Shown here: one piece after another, positions 59,862-64,000 of the stretch
How positions within the stretch are numbered: the stretch's first letter is position 1
Layout of the letters: every line of letters starts with the position of its first letter
DNA from: Gaiellales bacterium
GTDB taxonomy: Bacteria; Actinomycetota; Thermoleophilia; Gaiellales; JAICJC01
Direction: 5' to 3'
DNA length: 64,000 nucleotides
NCBI GenBank assembly: GCA_036273515.1
Contig: DASUHM010000002.1
Location: 748 to 64,747, forward strand
Notes under the pieces: model-generated
Told to the model about the DNA's origin: nothing
Seen by the model: only the letters and a program-made list of their open reading frames with translations
Database searches by the model: none
Position numbers and translations under genes: made by a program

Positions 59862-61681
59862 GCGTCGCTCCGACTTCCAGGCGGCCGTCGACCGCCACCC
59901 GGCTCTTCCAGGTCGGCTGCCTCGCCTACGGCCTCGCGGTCGCCTACGACAGCGCCCGCAAGCGCCGCTTCGACGCCCTCGAGGCGGCCGGCCACGAGCT
60001 GCCCCGGGAGGCGTTCGAGCCGCTGGCGCTGCAGGCCGCGGCACCCGACCCGGTCGTCGTCGCCGGGCCCGAGGTCATCGCCGAGCCCGAGATCGTCGCC
60101 GCCGTCGCGGTCGAGCCGGAGCCCGACATCGTCGAGGCGCCGGCCCCCGCGCCGGCGCAAGAGCCGGAGCCCGAGCCCGTCGCGTGGCCGCAGCCGCGCC
60201 CGCGCCTGGCGCTCGTCGCCGACCCGGCCCCCGAGCCCGTGGCGACCGCCGCCGCCGAGCCGGAGCAGCCTGCGCCAAATGACGCCATCGTCTTCGAGCC
60301 GATCGACGAGAGCCGGGCCGGCCTGCCGGACGGCCTGCGCGACTCCCTCTGGGCGCGGGCCGCGATCCGCGTCCTCCAGGCCGTCTGCATCGCCTACAGC
60401 GCCGCACTCCTCTACGTCGTCTGGCTCGCGAAGGACATCACCGTCGCCTCGCTCGCCCGCGACCCGGTGTTCGGCGGCTACTCGTTCCTCGTCACCCTGT
60501 ACGTGCTTGCCCGGTTCTCGCTCGCGCCGCTCTACCGGCCGACGCCCGACACCGGCTACCGCCCGTCGTGCTCGATCGTGATCCCGGCGTTCAACGAGGA
60601 GGGCTGCATCGAGGCCACGATCGATGCCTGCTTCTCGGCCGACTACCCGGCCGACCTGATCGAGGTCGTCGTCGTCGACGACGGCTCGAGCGACCGCACC
60701 TGGGAGCGCATGCTGGCCGCCCGCGAGCGGCACCCGTCGCTGCTCTGCGTGCAGTTCTCGCAGAACCGCGGCAAGCGGGCCGCGATGGCCGAGGGCATCC
60801 GCCGCTCGAGCGGTGAGATCTGCGTGTTCATCGACTCCGACTCGGTGATCGAGCCGGACGGCCTCGCCCACATCATGGCCGACTTCCGGGAGGACAACGT
60901 CGGCGCGGTGGTCGGCACGGCCGACGTCATGAACAAGGCCCAGAACCGCATGACCAAGATGCAGCAGGTGCGCTACTTCGTCGCGTTCCGGGTCGTCAAG
61001 GGCTCGGAGTCGGTGTTCGGCGCCGTCACCTGCGCCTCGGGCTGCTTCTCGGCCTACCGCCGCTCGGCGCTGCTCGCGATCCTGCCCAGGTGGGAGAACC
61101 AGCGCTTCCTGGGCCGGCCCGCCACGTACGGCGACGACCGCGCCCTCACGAACTACATCCTCCGCGACCACAAGGTCACCTACCAGTCGCTCGCCCGCAG
61201 CCACACGCTCGCGCCGGACACGCTCAAGGGCTTCCTGATCCAGCAGATCCGCTGGCGCAAGAGCTGGCTTCGCGAGTCGCTGCACGTCGTCCGCTTCATG
61301 TGGCGCAAGCACCCGATCGCCGCGATCCTCACCTACCTGGGGGTGTTCTTCCCGTGGGTGGCGCCCGTCGTCGCGTTCCGGTCGCTCTACTGGCACAGCT
61401 TCATGACCGGCAGCCCCTGGTTCTACCTGATGGGGGCCTACGTGATGGCGCTGCTCTACTCGCTCTACTACGCCGTCTCGCGCAAGAGCCCGCTGTGGCA
61501 CCACGGGATCACCTTCATCGTCATCTACATGGCGTTCCTGGTGTGGCTCACCTACTACGCGCTCCTGACCCTGCGCGACACCGGCTGGGGCACCCGCGCG
61601 TCGACCCACTCGGTCGGCGAGTTCCACGTCACGGTCGTCGGCGACGGCGCCGACGCGGCCGCGATCCCCGAGGCGGCCTGA
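59858..61681 (+). CDS. Processive family-2 glycosyltransferase, hyaluronan-synthase/NodC-like, with Pro/Glu-rich N-terminal extension
   Basis: The GTG start overlaps the upstream stop (GTGA). Motifs are IVIPAFNEE, VVVDDGSSD, FIDSDS, CASGCFSAYRR, GDDRALTNYIL and QQIRWRKSWLRE (compare HasA GDDRCLTNY and QQNRWNKSFFRE). Confidence 0.85.
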   Translation: MSVAPTSRRPSTATRLFQVGCLAYGLAVAYDSARKRRFDALEAAGHELPREAFEPLALQAAAPDPVVVAGPEVIAEPEIVAAVAVEPEPDIVEAPAPAPAQEPEPEPVAWPQPRPRLALVADPAPEPVATAAAEPEQPAPNDAIVFEPIDESRAGLPDGLRDSLWARAAIRVLQAVCIAYSAALLYVVWLAKDITVASLARDPVFGGYSFLVTLYVLARFSLAPLYRPTPDTGYRPSCSIVIPAFNEEGCIEATIDACFSADYPADLIEVVVVDDGSSDRTWERMLAARERHPSLLCVQFSQNRGKRAAMAEGIRRSSGEICVFIDSDSVIEPDGLAHIMADFREDNVGAVVGTADVMNKAQNRMTKMQQVRYFVAFRVVKGSESVFGAVTCASGCFSAYRRSALLAILPRWENQRFLGRPATYGDDRALTNYILRDHKVTYQSLARSHTLAPDTLKGFLIQQIRWRKSWLRESLHVVRFMWRKHPIAAILTYLGVFFPWVAPVVAFRSLYWHSFMTGSPWFYLMGAYVMALLYSLYYAVSRKSPLWHHGITFIVIYMAFLVWLTYYALLTLRDTGWGTRASTHSVGEFHVTVVGDGADAAAIPEAA

Positions 61682-61683
61682 CC

Positions 61684-63408
61684 GTGCTGCGCCGCTCCCC
61701 GATGTCGCCGCGCCGCCGCTGGCTGCTCCAGACCATCGTCGGCCTCGTCACGCTGCCGCTCTCGGCGGTGCCGATCTGGATCTACGCGACCCACACGTCG
61801 GTCGGCGAGCTGCTCTCGATGCGTGTCCGCTACCGGTTCATGCCGCCGTCGACGCCGCAGCTCAACCCGGTCGACCGCACCGTGGCCGACGCCGAGCGGG
61901 CGCGGGGGATCCGCGGCGTGCCGGTGCTCTTCTACAGCATCGGTCACCCGACCGAGTCGTTCGACGACCGCTACGTCGTCAGCCGCACCAACTTCGCCGA
62001 GCAGATGCGGTCGCTGCGCGCCGCCGGCTACCAGCCGATCCGGGTCGAGCAGCTGGCCCAGTACCTGCGCACCGGCAACCGCACCGGCCTGCCGCGCAAG
62101 CCGGTCCTGATCACCTTCGACTCCGCCAAGACCGAGGCGATGGTGCAGGTCGACCCGATCCTGAAGGCCACCGGCATGCGCGCGGTGATGTTCGTGAGCA
62201 CCGGCCAGGCCGACTCGGGCAGCCTCTTCTCGGAGCAGTGGGGCAGCCTCTCCGGCTACGCCTCGAGCGGCCGCTGGGAGCTCGAGAACCGCACCGACGG
62301 CCTGAGCGAGCCCGACAACCAGAACGGCCGCCTGGTGACCCGCCTCGTCGAGCGCCGCGGAGAGTCGCTGGCCGAGTACGGCCGGCACACCGCGTCCGAC
62401 CTCGAGAGCGCCGAGCGCGCGATCGACGACCACGGCGCCGGCCACGCCATCGCCTTCGCCTACCCGTACGGCAACTGGGGCCAGAACGCCGGCCCGGGCG
62501 TCGCCCGCACGCTGCGCCAGGTCGTCGGCCATCGCTTCCGGCTCGCCTTCGACCAGGACCAGCAGTCCGGCTGGCGGCCCGCCATCCCGGGTGACGACCG
62601 GCTCCACATCCACCGGCTCGAGGTGATGGACTGGACCGGGCCCGAGCTGCTCAAGCGGCTCGACGACGGCGCCAAGCTGGGCACCACGGTCTATCGCGAG
62701 CGCGGCCTCGACCACACCTACTCCCCGCTCCAGCTCGTCCGCGCGGCCAAGAGCTACCGCTGCGCCGGCACCTCCGGCAGCGTGCTCCAGCCCGAGGTCC
62801 ACGCCGCGCACACGGTCGCCCTCTCGTTCGACGACGGCCCGTCGCCGTACACGCCGCAGGTGCTGCACCTGCTCGAGCGCGCCCACGTGCACGCCACGTT
62901 CTTCGTCTCGGCCAGCCAGCTCACCGACAAGGCCCGCATCCTCACCCGGATGCTCGCCGACGGCGACGAGATCGGGAACGCCCTCTCGCCCGGCACGACG
63001 GCCATCTCGGCCGCATCGGCACACGCCGAGCTCGAGGCGACGGTGGAGGCCGTCCACGCCGCCGTGCCGCTCTCGCCGTGCCTCGTTCGGCCGCCGAGCC
63101 GCACGTCCGCGGCCGCCGTCCAGCGGGCCGCCGCGGGGCTGGGCGAGCGGGTGGCGCTCTGGTCGCTCGACCCGCGCGACTTCGACACGACCGACCCGAG
63201 CCTGATCGCCCACCGGGTGCTGTCCCAGGTGCGGCCGGGCTCGATCATCACCCTGCACGACGGCGGCTCCGACCGCTGGGCGACCGTGCAGGCCATCCCG
63301 CAGATCCTCGCCGGCCTGGCCCGGCGCGGCTACCGGGTGACCACGGTCACCAATCTCTACCGAACGGTGCTCGCCACGCCCTCCCGGGCGGGGCGCAGCA
63401 CGCACTGA
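61684..63408 (+). CDS. Membrane-anchored protein with two polysaccharide-deacetylase (CE4/NodB-like) domains
   Basis: GTG at 61684, or ATG at 61702. It has an N-terminal TM segment. Domain 1 contains PVLITFDSAKTE. Domain 2 contains VALSFDDGPSPYT, VRPP and IITLHDGG. Confidence 0.75.
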   Translation: MLRRSPMSPRRRWLLQTIVGLVTLPLSAVPIWIYATHTSVGELLSMRVRYRFMPPSTPQLNPVDRTVADAERARGIRGVPVLFYSIGHPTESFDDRYVVSRTNFAEQMRSLRAAGYQPIRVEQLAQYLRTGNRTGLPRKPVLITFDSAKTEAMVQVDPILKATGMRAVMFVSTGQADSGSLFSEQWGSLSGYASSGRWELENRTDGLSEPDNQNGRLVTRLVERRGESLAEYGRHTASDLESAERAIDDHGAGHAIAFAYPYGNWGQNAGPGVARTLRQVVGHRFRLAFDQDQQSGWRPAIPGDDRLHIHRLEVMDWTGPELLKRLDDGAKLGTTVYRERGLDHTYSPLQLVRAAKSYRCAGTSGSVLQPEVHAAHTVALSFDDGPSPYTPQVLHLLERAHVHATFFVSASQLTDKARILTRMLADGDEIGNALSPGTTAISAASAHAELEATVEAVHAAVPLSPCLVRPPSRTSAAAVQRAAAGLGERVALWSLDPRDFDTTDPSLIAHRVLSQVRPGSIITLHDGGSDRWATVQAIPQILAGLARRGYRVTTVTNLYRTVLATPSRAGRSTH

Positions 63409-63422
63409 AGGAGACCCACGCT

Positions 63423-64000
63423 ATGTGCGGAATCATCGGCTACGTCGGTCACCGGCAGGCCCAGGACGTCCTCCTCGACGGCCTCTCCCGGCTCGAGTAC
63501 CGCGGCTACGACTCGGCCGGCCTCGCCGTCCACACGGGCGGCGCGGTGCTGACCCGGCGGGCGGTCGGGAACCTCGCCATGCTGCGCCGATCGCTCGAGG
63601 AGGGCTGGGGCACCGTCGAGATCGACGCCACCGTCGGCATCGCTCACACCCGCTGGGCGACGCACGGCGGCGTGACCGAGGCGAACGCCCACCCGCACAG
63701 CGACTGCGAGGGCCGCATCCACGTCGTCCTGAACGGGATCGTCGAGAACCACCGCCGCCTGCGCGACGAGCTCGAGCTGGCCGGGTGCTCCTTCGCCTCC
63801 CAGACCGACGCCGAGCCGATCGCACATCTCGTCGAGCGCCACCTGCGCGACGTCGAGGACGACCTGTACGAGGCCGTGCGGCGCACCGCGCTCGAGCTCG
63901 ACGGCCACTACGCCATCGTCGTCCTCGACCGCGAGCAGCCCGGCATGCTGGTCGCGGCCCGCAAGGAGTGCCCGCTCGTGATCGGCCTCGGGGAGGAGGA
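63423..64000 (+). CDS. glmS: Glutamine--fructose-6-phosphate aminotransferase, N-terminal part (runs off window)
   Basis: The product starts MCGIIGYVGHRQAQDVLLDGLSRLEYRGYDSAGLAV (Ntn Cys2) and contains GIAHTRWATHG. SD AAGGAG lies 9 nt upstream. Confidence 0.95.
   Translation, partial: MCGIIGYVGHRQAQDVLLDGLSRLEYRGYDSAGLAVHTGGAVLTRRAVGNLAMLRRSLEEGWGTVEIDATVGIAHTRWATHGGVTEANAHPHSDCEGRIHVVLNGIVENHRRLRDELELAGCSFASQTDAEPIAHLVERHLRDVEDDLYEAVRRTALELDGHYAIVVLDREQPGMLVAARKECPLVIGLGEE

Noticed and set aside
59990-60300. Repetitive GAGCC/CCGGAGCCC-rich stretch that could look like a tandem repeat or CRISPR-like array
   Set aside because: It is in frame within the GT2 gene and encodes a Pro/Glu/Ala-rich linker (EPEPDIVEAPAPAPAQEPEPEPVA...). 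There are no regular repeat-spacer units.
63409-63422. glmS ribozyme upstream of glmS
   Set aside because: Only 14 nt separate the CE4 stop and the glmS ATG, and these are occupied by an AAGGAG SD. There is no room for a ~170-nt ribozyme.
1-64000. Mobile elements, prophage, defence islands, toxin-antitoxin pairs, CRISPR arrays, rRNA or tRNA genes
   Set aside because: I saw no transposase, integrase, nuclease or helicase signatures, no direct-repeat arrays and no cloverleaf candidates. The gene content is housekeeping or metabolic, with uniform high GC.

Overview
High-GC (about 70%) Actinomycetota-like chromosomal segment, densely packed with about 70 protein genes. I found no rRNA, tRNA, CRISPR array, IS element or prophage. 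Most long ORFs in the six-frame track are Arg/Ala/Gly/Pro-rich antisense or off-frame artefacts of the GC content. I chose real genes by recognisable family motifs, GC3-type codon usage, and ATGA/GTGA start-stop overlaps.

Gene content, in order:
- lpd, a cupin gene and a free lipoyl-domain gene, divergent from pdhA-pdhB-E2-CBS
- M29 aminopeptidase and GFA
- a CopC-CopD fusion
- GntR and an F420/LLM oxidoreductase
- a block of small membrane-anchored proteins
- nif3-pheT-pheS
- a methyltransferase and DUF4389
- infC-rpmI-rplT-trmH
- a nine-gene peptide/amide uptake operon: C45 peptidase, creatininase-family gene, Opp/Dpp ABC transporter, DmpA-type aminopeptidase, Kal-like hotdog protein, with a divergent HutC regulator
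- thrS
- a split two-component system
- two tandem Clp-N plus zinc-ribbon paralogs
- Nudix, then LysR
- livFGMHJ
- an HDAC-like amidohydrolase with a LysR gene
- a giant FtsX permease with a tandem-NBD ATPase
- a secreted metallophosphoesterase
- LysE
- an exopolysaccharide locus: nucleotide-sugar dehydrogenase, HAS/NodC-like GT2, double CE4, glmS

Observations most worth a second look:
1. Tandem Clp-N/zinc-ribbon paralogs.
2. Two near-identical ECF-sigma-type promoters in front of small envelope proteins.
3. A REP-like GGGGTCWGACCCC palindrome family with compensatory arm changes.
4. Pervasive leaderless starts, with a TANNNT box 6-8 nt upstream of the start codon.
5. A terminator-containing leader upstream of a TTG-initiated infC.
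6. The peptide operon as a possible beta-amino-peptide catabolic operon.
7. The HAS-like EPS locus, whose CE4 domains lack the canonical metal-binding histidines.
8. A 430-bp structured non-coding region.

All family calls come from motif recognition by eye. No database search was run.
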